From IMG/VR virus record IMGVR_UViG_3300031707_000018, positions 1 to 57,588 of that record: DNA of 57,588 nt. One strand, given 5' to 3'. The DNA is from a virus (lineage: Duplodnaviria > Caudoviricetes). Shown piece by piece: positions 27,161-36,092 of the stretch. Each line of letters begins with the position of its first letter. Within the stretch, counting starts at the first letter, position 1. Below the pieces are notes generated by a model that worked only from the letters and a program-made list of their open reading frames with translations, was not told where the DNA came from and made no database searches. A program made the translations under genes and the position numbers.

Positions 27161-28639
27161 CTAGATCCACCACGGGAAGGAGAAGCCTTCCAGCCGATCG
27201 TCGTTATACCAGCCGATCCAGGCAACCTCTGGGTTGACGGACGGATGGTCGTAGCCCATGACGGACTTCGCGCGCCGTTCGGTCTTAGTGTTGGCCATCT
27301 CGCGGAAGCTGTTCCGAAGATGCTGCCAGGTGCGCATGCGGAAGTCCCCTCGCTCGTTCGGCCATTCCTCGCCCTTGATGACGACCTGCGGAACGGACTG
27401 ACGGCGGTAGGCCCTCAGCTCAAACAGGGCCTTCTTCTTGTCCTCGAGCGCGTTCTTGTAGGCCTCCATGAGCTTGGAGAAGTCCGTCGGGCTGTACTGG
27501 ATGTCCAGGTCGCCCAGACGCTTCCGCCCGGACTGTAGTACCGGGAGGATGCCCAGCTCGCCAAGGATGTTGAGGATGGACAGGGCGCGCACGTACCGTC
27601 GGACGGCTGGGTACGGGTGCTCCGTATCGAAGCAGCCTCCGGCCTGGTCCCGTGCGTCGATCGAGGCGGCGTGGATGTGCCGGCGGATGGTGTCGTCGAA
27701 GAGGCTCGACACAGCTCGGCCCAGCATCAGCCGGATGTACTCCACGCCGATGTAGAGCGGGAAGTACTGGGTCGTGAAGCTGAAGTAGACGTCCTCCGCC
27801 ATCATGTGCCCGGTCGGGCTCACGATCGCATCGGAGTTGACCCGGACGACGACCTCGGTGTTGTAGTGGAACTCGGGGCTCCCGCTGTGGCGGGTCCAGA
27901 TCGCGCACTGACCGCTGAAGGCCACAGTGCCGGAAGGATCGACGTCGAAGAGAGCCTGACGCATGTCACCGGTGGGAAGCCAGTCCTGGAGGTACCGTCC
28001 GGACGGGTCCGGCGGTCGCGGCTCACCCTCGCCGTAGTACTCATCCATGCCCAGGACGTTCTTGAGCGTCAGCTCGAGAGCGTTCTCGGAACCGGTCGGC
28101 AGGACGTCTTCGTCGAAGCAGACTCTGATCTCCGACAGTCCTCGGTCCACGTTGGACTCGAAGCCTTTGGGAGTGGTCATCAGGATATCTAAGTATCCTG
28201 TGACCAGAGCCTCTGCATCCTCCTCGCGGATGGGACCGACCTGCTCGATGTCGTCCCGTCCAGCTGCTTCCGTGAGGCGGACGAAGCGCTCGACCCTGGT
28301 CCTGAACTGCACCTGGTAGGTGGTGGGAAGGTCGGTGCCGTCCAGGCCCTTGATGTTGCCACCGGGCATGTTGTCGGCGGAACCGACGACGGCCATCCGG
28401 TAGGCGACGTCTTGGACGAGGGTGCGCACCGGAAGGAAGCTGATGGTCTTGCGGTCCTGGCTCAGCCAGACCTTGCCGCGGACCGGCTCGGCGGTCTCGT
28501 CCTTGTAGAACAGGACCGTGGCCAGGTTGATGGAGGATTCCAGCAGCTCGACGTTGAAGGTGAAGGCAAGGGTGACGTCTACGGCGACGTTGGTGGCTCC
28601 AGACCCTGGAGTCGTGTTTACGACGACCGGAATCGCCAC
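27161..28639 (-). CDS. Ig-like (Big_5-type) domain protein with C-terminal head-tail adaptor-like domain
   Basis: VVVNTTPGSGATNVAVD...FTFN and a second TTPKGFESNV...IRVCFD repeat; C-terminal RKRLGDLDIQY adaptor-like motif. Confidence 0.65.
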   Translation of the reverse strand: MAIPVVVNTTPGSGATNVAVDVTLAFTFNVELLESSINLATVLFYKDETAEPVRGKVWLSQDRKTISFLPVRTLVQDVAYRMAVVGSADNMPGGNIKGLDGTDLPTTYQVQFRTRVERFVRLTEAAGRDDIEQVGPIREEDAEALVTGYLDILMTTPKGFESNVDRGLSEIRVCFDEDVLPTGSENALELTLKNVLGMDEYYGEGEPRPPDPSGRYLQDWLPTGDMRQALFDVDPSGTVAFSGQCAIWTRHSGSPEFHYNTEVVVRVNSDAIVSPTGHMMAEDVYFSFTTQYFPLYIGVEYIRLMLGRAVSSLFDDTIRRHIHAASIDARDQAGGCFDTEHPYPAVRRYVRALSILNILGELGILPVLQSGRKRLGDLDIQYSPTDFSKLMEAYKNALEDKKKALFELRAYRRQSVPQVVIKGEEWPNERGDFRMRTWQHLRNSFREMANTKTERRAKSVMGYDHPSVNPEVAWIGWYNDDRLEGFSFPWWI

Positions 28640-28648
28640 AGCCGCCTC

Positions 28649-29140
28649 CTAGAACGAACTGCCCGGGATGATCAGGTTGCTTCCGGGCCTGCGTGATGCG
28701 GGCGCCTGCTCGCGGATCTTGGTCACCCGGCGATTCCAATCGTCGAGAAGGGCGCCTGCCCTCTTCTCACGTTCCTCCGCGGCCTTCGGATCCTTCGGGT
28801 CCGGAACCTTGGCCTTGATGATCGTCTGGTCGAAGGTCGCCAGGTACTTGCCTTTGGTCTCCGGGTCGATCAGGTAGTTGGTGTAGACCAAGCCCTTCTC
28901 GATCCACCTGGAGATGTCCATGAACTTGTCGTCGAACTCAGGGTCCTCACTGCACATGTCCTGGGCGAGTTCGGACATCCTCTCGAGGATGTAGGCCGCC
29001 TGCAGCTTGGACGCCCGACCCGGTCTTGTGGCCGCGTCTTCCAGGATCTTCTTGATCGCGACCTTGATCTTCTCCGGGTCCCTCGTAGTAAGGATCTGCC
29101 TGATCTGCTCGTCCAATTGGACGAGGGCTTGGACCAGCAT
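28649..29140 (-). CDS. Hypothetical protein
   Basis: 163 aa, GGAGGA RBS, helical composition. Confidence 0.6.
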   Translation of the reverse strand: MLVQALVQLDEQIRQILTTRDPEKIKVAIKKILEDAATRPGRASKLQAAYILERMSELAQDMCSEDPEFDDKFMDISRWIEKGLVYTNYLIDPETKGKYLATFDQTIIKAKVPDPKDPKAAEEREKRAGALLDDWNRRVTKIREQAPASRRPGSNLIIPGSSF

Positions 29141-29165
29141 GGGTCCTCCTGTCGATCTATAAGAC

Positions 29166-29204
29166 CGGGAGGGGACCCCGGGTCAGCCCGGGGCCCCCTT
29201 CCCG
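29166..29204 (-). terminator. GC-rich hairpin downstream of major capsid gene
   Basis: CGGGAGGGGACCCCGGG-TCAG-CCCGGGGCCCCCTTCCCG imperfect inverted repeat. Confidence 0.6.
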
Positions 29205-29230
29205 AATCATGGACTCGTTGGAGCGTCCGG

Positions 29231-30613
29231 CTAGATTCCCGGGATGAAGCCGGTGGGCAGGCTGCCCGTGCCGACCGCCCAGTTGAGCCGGATGTTGTCC
29301 TCGAAGTCGTAGTTCTTGGCGATCCGGACGCCCTTGGCGGTGATGACCGCCTCGCCCTGGTTGTCGAGCGCCAGGCCGTAGCGCTCCCGGATCTTGGTGC
29401 TGCGGATGTCGCGCCGCGGATCGTCCCACGATTCCGTGACGGGGTCCTCGTCCACGACCAGGATGCCCAGCTCGTTCCGGTCGCCCATGATGATGTTGGT
29501 GGTCTTGTCCGTGGCGTCGAAGGCGCAGAACGGGCTGACCACGACCTGCATCGGGACCGGGAACATGCTCGGCACCGGCGAGTAGAGGCTGGCCTGCGGG
29601 TTGAGTGCGTCGGGGTCCTGCCCCACGGAGGGGCCCATGTTCATCCCGCCCTGGCTGTTGTAGCCCGGCCCGATGCCAGGCTTGCCCTGCCCAGCCTGCC
29701 AGAGCTGGCCGTTGTTGATGAAGCCGAAGTTCCTCATGGTGCCGTCGCGGGCGAAGATGAGCCAGCCCATGGGGTTCATCAGCAGGACCGTCGGGATGAA
29801 GCCGGCGTTCAGGAGGTCGGCGTACATCACGAACAGGTCGTCGAGGGTGATGGTCTTGTTGAAGTTCGCGTCGATGTACCGGCCCGTGGTGGCGCCGTGC
29901 CGGCTGGACCCGCCGGCGTTGTCGAACGCGACCCGACCCTCGTTGAGGATCAGGTTGAAGATCTTCTGTTCCTTGTGGCGGGCCAGCGCGCGGGCGGCCG
30001 CCTGAAGGTGCATGGTCATGACGTCGAACATGGAGTACCGAATCATCTCCTCGGTGATCCGGACCTTCAGGCCGGACTTCCCGATCTTCGCCGTGACGTA
30101 GCCGGCGAACTCCATGCTCTGTTCCGGGTATTCCCCGCCGGGCGGGATGTCTTCGGCCCACATGCCGCCGCCCGCCGCCGGGAACGTGATCGTCTCCCCC
30201 GCGGAGAAGTTGATGCGCCGCATCAGGCTCGTACCCACGAGCACCGGTTCGGCGGCCTCACGCACGATGCGCGTGATGACCTTCGGGATCAGGATGGAGG
30301 CGGACGAAGTCTCGATCGCGTCCTGCAGACCCTGGACCTTCATCTCCTTGGCGTTCTTGTCCAAGACCGTGCAGAGAGCATCGAACGAGATCCTCTGGGC
30401 GTCGCGCTCGTGTCCCTCGGGGAAGCGGTAGCGCTCCTCCGGGTCGAGCCACCCGTTGTTCCTCCAGACCTGGTCCGTGAGGGCCAGCTGATCGCGCACG
30501 CTGAGCTTGCCGCCGGCGGCCCCGAGCGCCTCGGGCTTGACGCCCAAGTCGGTCAAGGCCTTCTGCACCTCGCCCTTGACGGCGGAGGCGATGAGGACGG
30601 CCAGATCGCTCAC
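29231..30613 (-). CDS. Major capsid protein (HK97 fold)
   Basis: Start re-called at GTG 30613 (AAGGAGGT RBS); LIPKVI...VREAAEP, EDIPPGGEYPE, IGKSGLKVRITEEMIRYS, ARALARHKEQKIF, KIRERYG; followed by hairpin. Confidence 0.9.
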   Translation of the reverse strand: MSDLAVLIASAVKGEVQKALTDLGVKPEALGAAGGKLSVRDQLALTDQVWRNNGWLDPEERYRFPEGHERDAQRISFDALCTVLDKNAKEMKVQGLQDAIETSSASILIPKVITRIVREAAEPVLVGTSLMRRINFSAGETITFPAAGGGMWAEDIPPGGEYPEQSMEFAGYVTAKIGKSGLKVRITEEMIRYSMFDVMTMHLQAAARALARHKEQKIFNLILNEGRVAFDNAGGSSRHGATTGRYIDANFNKTITLDDLFVMYADLLNAGFIPTVLLMNPMGWLIFARDGTMRNFGFINNGQLWQAGQGKPGIGPGYNSQGGMNMGPSVGQDPDALNPQASLYSPVPSMFPVPMQVVVSPFCAFDATDKTTNIIMGDRNELGILVVDEDPVTESWDDPRRDIRSTKIRERYGLALDNQGEAVITAKGVRIAKNYDFEDNIRLNWAVGTGSLPTGFIPGI

Positions 30614-30687
30614 TGGAACCTCCTTGAGAAGTAGTTGACCACCTGTATCCCGCAGAAGACGATCCTGCAGGCTTAGGCCCTCATGGC

Positions 30688-31497
30688 CTAGAGGAGCGTG
30701 ATGTTGACCCGGATGAAGTCCGTCGCCCGCGTGGTCGGCGCTGCCAGCTGGTAGACGTCGAGGTGCCGCGGACGGCCCCCGTTCTCCGTGCCGGACAGCC
30801 CCAGGCCCCTGACGGGCTTCTGGAGGTCGATCCTGGACCGCGAGCTGGTCCCGAAGGGGATGGTGTCGCGGTAGAGGACGCGGCCGCAGATCTGTTCCGC
30901 GGAGTCCACCCCGTTCACCCAGAGGTGGGGCAGACCCTGCTCGACGCCGGTGCACCCGGGCTTCACGAGGGAGCCGGGCACGAAGTTCTGGACACCGGCG
31001 AGGGCGTCGATCAGGGGCACTTCGATCTCGTAGTCGCAGAGGATCGAGACGAAGGGCTGCAGCTCATAGTTGATGAGCCGAGCTTCGACAGCCCCGTTGT
31101 AGATGTTGTGCCAGGCCCAGCCGATGGGCTTGTTGGCGGGGATGACGGCCGAAGCGCTGTGCGCCGTGGCGACGAGCGCCGGGCTGGTGAGCTCCGTGTC
31201 CACGTCCACGGTGATGCCGATGTCGGCCGTTCCGTAGACGATGGCCGGGGTGGTCAGCCCGTTGGCCGGAACGATCCTGTTGACGCCCTGGAGCGTCTTG
31301 TCCATGGACAGGATGGTGCCCGCGTAGAGGACCCAGTACTCGTTGAAGTACTCGTCCTTCACCTTCACGGGCAGGAAGTCGGCGACCTTGGCGACGGGCC
31401 CCAGAGCCGGACGCTCGCCCTCCGCGATCTCCGCGAAGCGCGAGAACCCGGAACGCTCGTACCCACGGGCCGCCTTGAGAGTCTTCGCGATGGTCAT
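30688..31497 (-). CDS. Probable capsid decoration/cement protein
   Basis: 269 aa, beta-rich, between protease/scaffold and capsid genes. Confidence 0.6.
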   Translation of the reverse strand: MTIAKTLKAARGYERSGFSRFAEIAEGERPALGPVAKVADFLPVKVKDEYFNEYWVLYAGTILSMDKTLQGVNRIVPANGLTTPAIVYGTADIGITVDVDTELTSPALVATAHSASAVIPANKPIGWAWHNIYNGAVEARLINYELQPFVSILCDYEIEVPLIDALAGVQNFVPGSLVKPGCTGVEQGLPHLWVNGVDSAEQICGRVLYRDTIPFGTSSRSRIDLQKPVRGLGLSGTENGGRPRHLDVYQLAAPTTRATDFIRVNITLL

Positions 31498-31572
31498 TCT
31501 TCTATCTCCGAGAGAGGTTGTCAGCTGATGGAACAGTCGCTAGCTACAAGCTAGACCGACCTTGATGGGATC

Positions 31573-33666
31573 CTACTTGGATCCCTTGAGACGCTCCTCG
31601 AGCTTCGCCGCGGGGTTCGGCTTCTTGGGCATCTCTCCGGCCTTGGCTTCCTTGCCCGCGCCCTTGCCGGCGTTGTCGTGCTTGGGATCCGTCGGGTCCG
31701 CGACGCCTTCCGGCGGCTTGGCCCCGGCGCTCGTGACTTCGACCAGGAGATCCTGGCAGGCGTCCTGGAGGGACACCGTGGTCCGGAGGTTCAGCTTGGC
31801 GAGGTACTCCTGCCGCTTGGCCTCCGTGTCGAGCAGAACGACGTCGGGCTTCTTCAGCTGGGCGCGGAGGTCCATGACGCGAGCGGCGAGCATCTTGTTG
31901 GTCTCGCTCCGCAGGGCCGTGTTGTCCGTGAGCAGCTTGGTGATCGACGCCTCCTGGTCCCCGATCTTGGTGCTGGCAGCTGCCAGCTGCTTCTCGAGAC
32001 GGGAGAGCTTCTGGGTGTCGGTCTCCGTCGGGGGGACTTCCGGCAGAGTGGCCGACTTGTCCAGGAGGTGGATCAGGGTGTCGTACTTGAGGGAATCCTG
32101 GTTCACCTCGACTCCGAGCGTCTTGGCCCGGGACCTCACGCAGGAGAGGATCTTCGCCTTCTGCTCCGACGTGAAGTTGGTGGACTGCGGAAGCCTTGCG
32201 AGGGCGTTCCGCACGTGAGCGGCGTCGTGCGCGGGGAAGGATCGGTTGGGGCCGCAGAACGAGCTGTCCGGAAGGGCCTTCCTGGCCTTGCTGGAGAGCA
32301 CCTTGTCGGCGACGATGATGCCGGCGTGGTAGCCCACCTGTTCGGCCACTCCCTCCTCCGTCGCGAGATCGAAGAGATCCCCGACGAAGTCCGACCAGTC
32401 GCATGCGGCGTTCGGGTTCATCTTGGAATCCAACCCTTCCGCCAGCTTCACGACCTCCTCCCACTGCTTGGAGGGATCGTTGGTCATGTGCGAATCTCCT
32501 CCCACATTGACTGGGTTCATTAGGTCTGCGCACTCCGAGATACGAGACCCAAGGTGCTTGGGATCGGGGCACTTGACGGAGCCACGCTTCACCAGATCCG
32601 CGGCCGCATCGGCGGTAAGACGGTCGGTAATGCGCAGGCATCCATCGGGACCGATGCGGAATCGGGGCTGGCCGATCTTGGCCCTTCGGTCGGAGGTTCG
32701 GAAGGCCTGGATTCGGGGCAGCGCTTCCTCGATGGCCTCGTCCTTCAGCCGGCCTGCATCTGCCAGACCGGTAAGAACATAGGCCTCGGCCCAATCCTTG
32801 TCCTGCCAGGACGAGGTCGGGTCTTGCAAGGCGGTGTCCTGTAGGACGAGCTCCATGGGACCGTCTTGGCTGTCGATTAGAACGAGCTTGGAGACGGCGC
32901 CGTCAATGAGCTCACCGTTCGAGAACATCGTCTCGATGTCCTTGGAGTTGAATATCTGGTCGGCTTCGACGTGTTCCAGGACCGTCGCGTATGGCTGGGC
33001 CGGAGAGTTCACCCGGGCTAGGTGGTCGTAGTAGAGCTTGCCCGTGATCAAGTACATGATGGCGTCGAAGTCTCCATCCCCCAGCTTGTAGGACTGGTTG
33101 GGAACGTGGCTGCAACGGCCGTCGCGAAGGGCCCAGTCGGAACCGCAGACCGAGCAGAACATGTGGTCGGTGTCCATGCCGGCGGAGACCGTCAGGAACC
33201 GGCCGTCCATGATCTGCTCGATGGCGTTCTTGTCCTCGATGCCCGCGCGCAGCTTGATGAAGCCCGACCCGCGGTCCTTCTTGGTCGGGGTCTTCCAGTC
33301 CTGCGCCAGCTGGGCGTCGTTGACCAGCTGGACGAACTCGACGTCCCGTGCCCGCCCATATACGATCGGCTCCTTGGCGCCCGGAGGCGGATTCTTGTCC
33401 GGGTGCTGCTCGAGGATGGGCTTCGGGAACGGGTTGAGCCAGGACTGGATGGAGTCGCGCATCTGCAACCCAGGGTAGCAGCGGGCGTTGACGATCGTTC
33501 CGCTGTGGGTTGCGTCGAATGTGACCAGGAGGCTGGCCTTGCTGGATCGGCGGTTGACCTTGTCCATCATCGCGCCGAGCCGGAAGCCCCGCTCCGGCTG
33601 GCCTTGCGGCCGAACCAGGACCGGGTGCACCGGCTTCACTGCCATGACGTCGCGAAGGGAGATCAT
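31573..33666 (-). CDS. Prohead protease fused to scaffold (DUF6582-like motif and coiled coil)
   Basis: Start re-called at MISLRD (ATGA overlap); PKPILEQH, GRFLTVSAG, CSVCG...CSH, RVNSPA; LSSKARKALPDSSFCGPNRSFPAHDAAHVRNALARL; coiled-coil C-terminus. Confidence 0.8.
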   Translation of the reverse strand: MISLRDVMAVKPVHPVLVRPQGQPERGFRLGAMMDKVNRRSSKASLLVTFDATHSGTIVNARCYPGLQMRDSIQSWLNPFPKPILEQHPDKNPPPGAKEPIVYGRARDVEFVQLVNDAQLAQDWKTPTKKDRGSGFIKLRAGIEDKNAIEQIMDGRFLTVSAGMDTDHMFCSVCGSDWALRDGRCSHVPNQSYKLGDGDFDAIMYLITGKLYYDHLARVNSPAQPYATVLEHVEADQIFNSKDIETMFSNGELIDGAVSKLVLIDSQDGPMELVLQDTALQDPTSSWQDKDWAEAYVLTGLADAGRLKDEAIEEALPRIQAFRTSDRRAKIGQPRFRIGPDGCLRITDRLTADAAADLVKRGSVKCPDPKHLGSRISECADLMNPVNVGGDSHMTNDPSKQWEEVVKLAEGLDSKMNPNAACDWSDFVGDLFDLATEEGVAEQVGYHAGIIVADKVLSSKARKALPDSSFCGPNRSFPAHDAAHVRNALARLPQSTNFTSEQKAKILSCVRSRAKTLGVEVNQDSLKYDTLIHLLDKSATLPEVPPTETDTQKLSRLEKQLAAASTKIGDQEASITKLLTDNTALRSETNKMLAARVMDLRAQLKKPDVVLLDTEAKRQEYLAKLNLRTTVSLQDACQDLLVEVTSAGAKPPEGVADPTDPKHDNAGKGAGKEAKAGEMPKKPNPAAKLEERLKGSK

Positions 33667-33953
33667 CCGATCCTCCGAATTCCTCCGAGCGCGCCGACGT
33701 AGCCCGTGAACTTGAACTCGGATGCCGGAGAGAACCCTCTGAGCTTCGGGTTCGGCTGGCCGTTCACGAACAGGTCGGCCGGCATCGGCTTCCACCGCTC
33801 GTTGTACATCCGCCGGTTGGCGTCGATGTTCATGCCCCAGTCCTTGGTCTGCTGGTTGAGGTCGTTCTGGACAGCGGAGAGGTACTGTTCCGTTGCCCGG
33901 CGCCTCGGGTCTGTAATCGGTCCTGGACTCGTCGGGCTGATGGCGACTGCCAT
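33663..33953 (-). CDS. Hypothetical protein
   Basis: 96 aa, AAGGAGGA RBS, coupled to the protease gene. Confidence 0.65.
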   Translation of the reverse strand: MAVAISPTSPGPITDPRRRATEQYLSAVQNDLNQQTKDWGMNIDANRRMYNERWKPMPADLFVNGQPNPKLRGFSPASEFKFTGYVGALGGIRRIG

Positions 33954-33998
33954 GGGGTCCTCCTTACCAATGGTTCTAAGGGCAGCTGGCCAGATGTG

Positions 33999-36092
33999 TC
34001 AAGAAGATTCTCGCACATCCTCTGGCTTGCTGACAACCAGCTGGGTCACACATTCCGGGTGGCGACGCATGTCGGCCCAGCTGAACCGGCGAATCTTCAT
34101 GGGAGCTGATCCAGCTCGGCACTGTTCGCAGGCCTTATCGGTCAGCTGCCACTGGACGTGCGTCTTGTGGTCGATCTGAGCTGCGCGGGCATACGCGTAC
34201 GCTGCAGCTACGTCTGCCAGGTTGTTCAGGAAGAGCTCGACCAAAGGCCACACGGAATCCAGCATGCAGGAGCGATCCAGCTCGGACTCCATGGCGTTGA
34301 GCCGGAGATTGATCACCTTCGCGATGCCATCCAGCTCGGAGTCGACAATATCGGCGAAGAACCCATCCTTGACGTTCTTGCCGATGTAGAGTTCCTTGGC
34401 GGATTCCCCAGCTGACGCCTTGTAGCGCTCGAGGCCTTCGCTGAACCAGCTGTCGACCATGGTGCCAAGGTCGTCCCTGAGATAGTCGACGTAGACCGAT
34501 GCACCGCCAAGATTGTGAAGCACGTCGTGGCGCATCAGCTCCCAGTCCGATAGGGCAATGGCCATGGCTGCATCGTTCTTGGCCGTCTTGGGTTTGGCCG
34601 CCAGCTTGCCGCTCTGGTTCTCCGGCTGGTTCGCAGCTGAAGCCTTGGCGGCAGCTGCCCTAGCTTCCGGCGGGCCATAGGTCGCGAGGTATGGCTCATC
34701 GACAGCCTTGATGAGGGCCAGAGGTTTGGACACCCTGGCCATGTTCATGTCCTTCCGCTGAGTCGGCATGATCGGGTCCATGCCCATCCTAGTGCGGGCT
34801 TCCGTCTCGGTGAGCAGGTTGCCCTGGTACAGGGTCATGGTGTGGTTCTCCATGGCCCTGGACTCTTCTGCGTCGATCGTCGGGAAGAGCAAGTAGCAGC
34901 GGTTCTCCGGAGTGGGAGCGATCCCCATCTCCATCACCAGCTCATCGAGAACGTAGAAGCTGAACTGTGAGCAGAAGAACAGCTGGTACCTGGTGCACCG
35001 GTCCGCCAGACCGCGGCTCATGGTCTGTGCCGTGGACCGGTTGGCGGTCTCGCCGCGGCCGATGTCGATCCCCGACAAGTTCAGTCCGGAGAGCACGCGG
35101 GACTCGTAGTGCTTCAGGTAAGGATCCACGGCCACGAACTTGTTGGCCGTGCCCACTACCTCGATGGTGTGGCGGTGAGGTGTGACAAAGCCGCCCTCGA
35201 AGGGCATCTTGCTGATGGCGGCCCGGACGTCATCCACCTCGGAGTGACCGTCGTCGTACTCGCGCGCAGGCTCCTGGTCCGTTCCGACTTTGTACTGGAA
35301 GAATGGGAACGCGTGCTTGTGGACCAAGATCTCGACAAGCTCCTCCATGCGCCTGAGGGCGAGGATATCGTCGAGAACGGATATGACGTACGGCGTGCCG
35401 AAGATGTTGCCCTTCTTCTTGCGGAAGGGCATGTGGACGACGTTGTTCGGGTCGTACCGGCGGAAGATGCGCCCGCCGACCACCTGCCACCATTCTTTGA
35501 TCTCCCGGAGGCCCTTTGGAGTGGTGATGATGAATGGCCGCATGGATGCCGAGCTGGGCATGAAGATGCCGGAGATCGGGTACATGGTCCGGCCGAACCG
35601 GCTTGTGTAGGTCTTCCCGTTCTCCTTCCTGGCCATCACGTAGAAGGTGTTGTGAGTCTCGACCAGCTCCTCAATACCACCCTCGATGATCCTCTCGAGC
35701 GGTTCGTTCTGGCTCCAGGAGATCTCCGTTAGCCGCTTGAGGATGTAGCTCAGGACGCTCGGGTTCTGGCTGACGATGCGCCACCCGTTCTTGAGGATCA
35801 GCTCTTCGTGTTTGTCGAAGCTGATCCGCATGAACGACTCTGTGTCGAGAGCTTTGAAGATCTCGATCAGGTCGTATTCGGGTTCGACGAAGCCGGCACG
35901 ATACTGCTTCCACTCGTAGGTGAGGATGGTCGGCTTCTGCTTGGTGTCCGGGCGCTTGGCGCCCTTGGTGGACACTCCGGGAGGAGCCCCAATCTGAACG
36001 TCCTGGACCACGACCGGCCTGAGCTGGTCGCGACCCGATAGGAACCGGACGCCCCTACGAATTAGGCCTAGCTTTGTCGACGTTCCTGGCAT
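33999..36092 (-). CDS. Portal protein with C-terminal MuF-like extension
   Basis: NVVHM...NIFGTPYVISVLDDI.ALRRME, LYQGNLLTETEARTRMGMDP; C-terminal W...CEQC...HPEC; position between terminase and protease. Confidence 0.8.
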   Translation of the reverse strand: MPGTSTKLGLIRRGVRFLSGRDQLRPVVVQDVQIGAPPGVSTKGAKRPDTKQKPTILTYEWKQYRAGFVEPEYDLIEIFKALDTESFMRISFDKHEELILKNGWRIVSQNPSVLSYILKRLTEISWSQNEPLERIIEGGIEELVETHNTFYVMARKENGKTYTSRFGRTMYPISGIFMPSSASMRPFIITTPKGLREIKEWWQVVGGRIFRRYDPNNVVHMPFRKKKGNIFGTPYVISVLDDILALRRMEELVEILVHKHAFPFFQYKVGTDQEPAREYDDGHSEVDDVRAAISKMPFEGGFVTPHRHTIEVVGTANKFVAVDPYLKHYESRVLSGLNLSGIDIGRGETANRSTAQTMSRGLADRCTRYQLFFCSQFSFYVLDELVMEMGIAPTPENRCYLLFPTIDAEESRAMENHTMTLYQGNLLTETEARTRMGMDPIMPTQRKDMNMARVSKPLALIKAVDEPYLATYGPPEARAAAAKASAANQPENQSGKLAAKPKTAKNDAAMAIALSDWELMRHDVLHNLGGASVYVDYLRDDLGTMVDSWFSEGLERYKASAGESAKELYIGKNVKDGFFADIVDSELDGIAKVINLRLNAMESELDRSCMLDSVWPLVELFLNNLADVAAAYAYARAAQIDHKTHVQWQLTDKACEQCRAGSAPMKIRRFSWADMRRHPECVTQLVVSKPEDVRESS

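Noticed and set aside
30614-30955. N-terminal extension of the capsid ORF, and similar extensions of the protease, sheath, gp25-like and neck ORFs
   Set aside because: They overlap upstream genes; internal starts have a strong RBS or stop/start coupling
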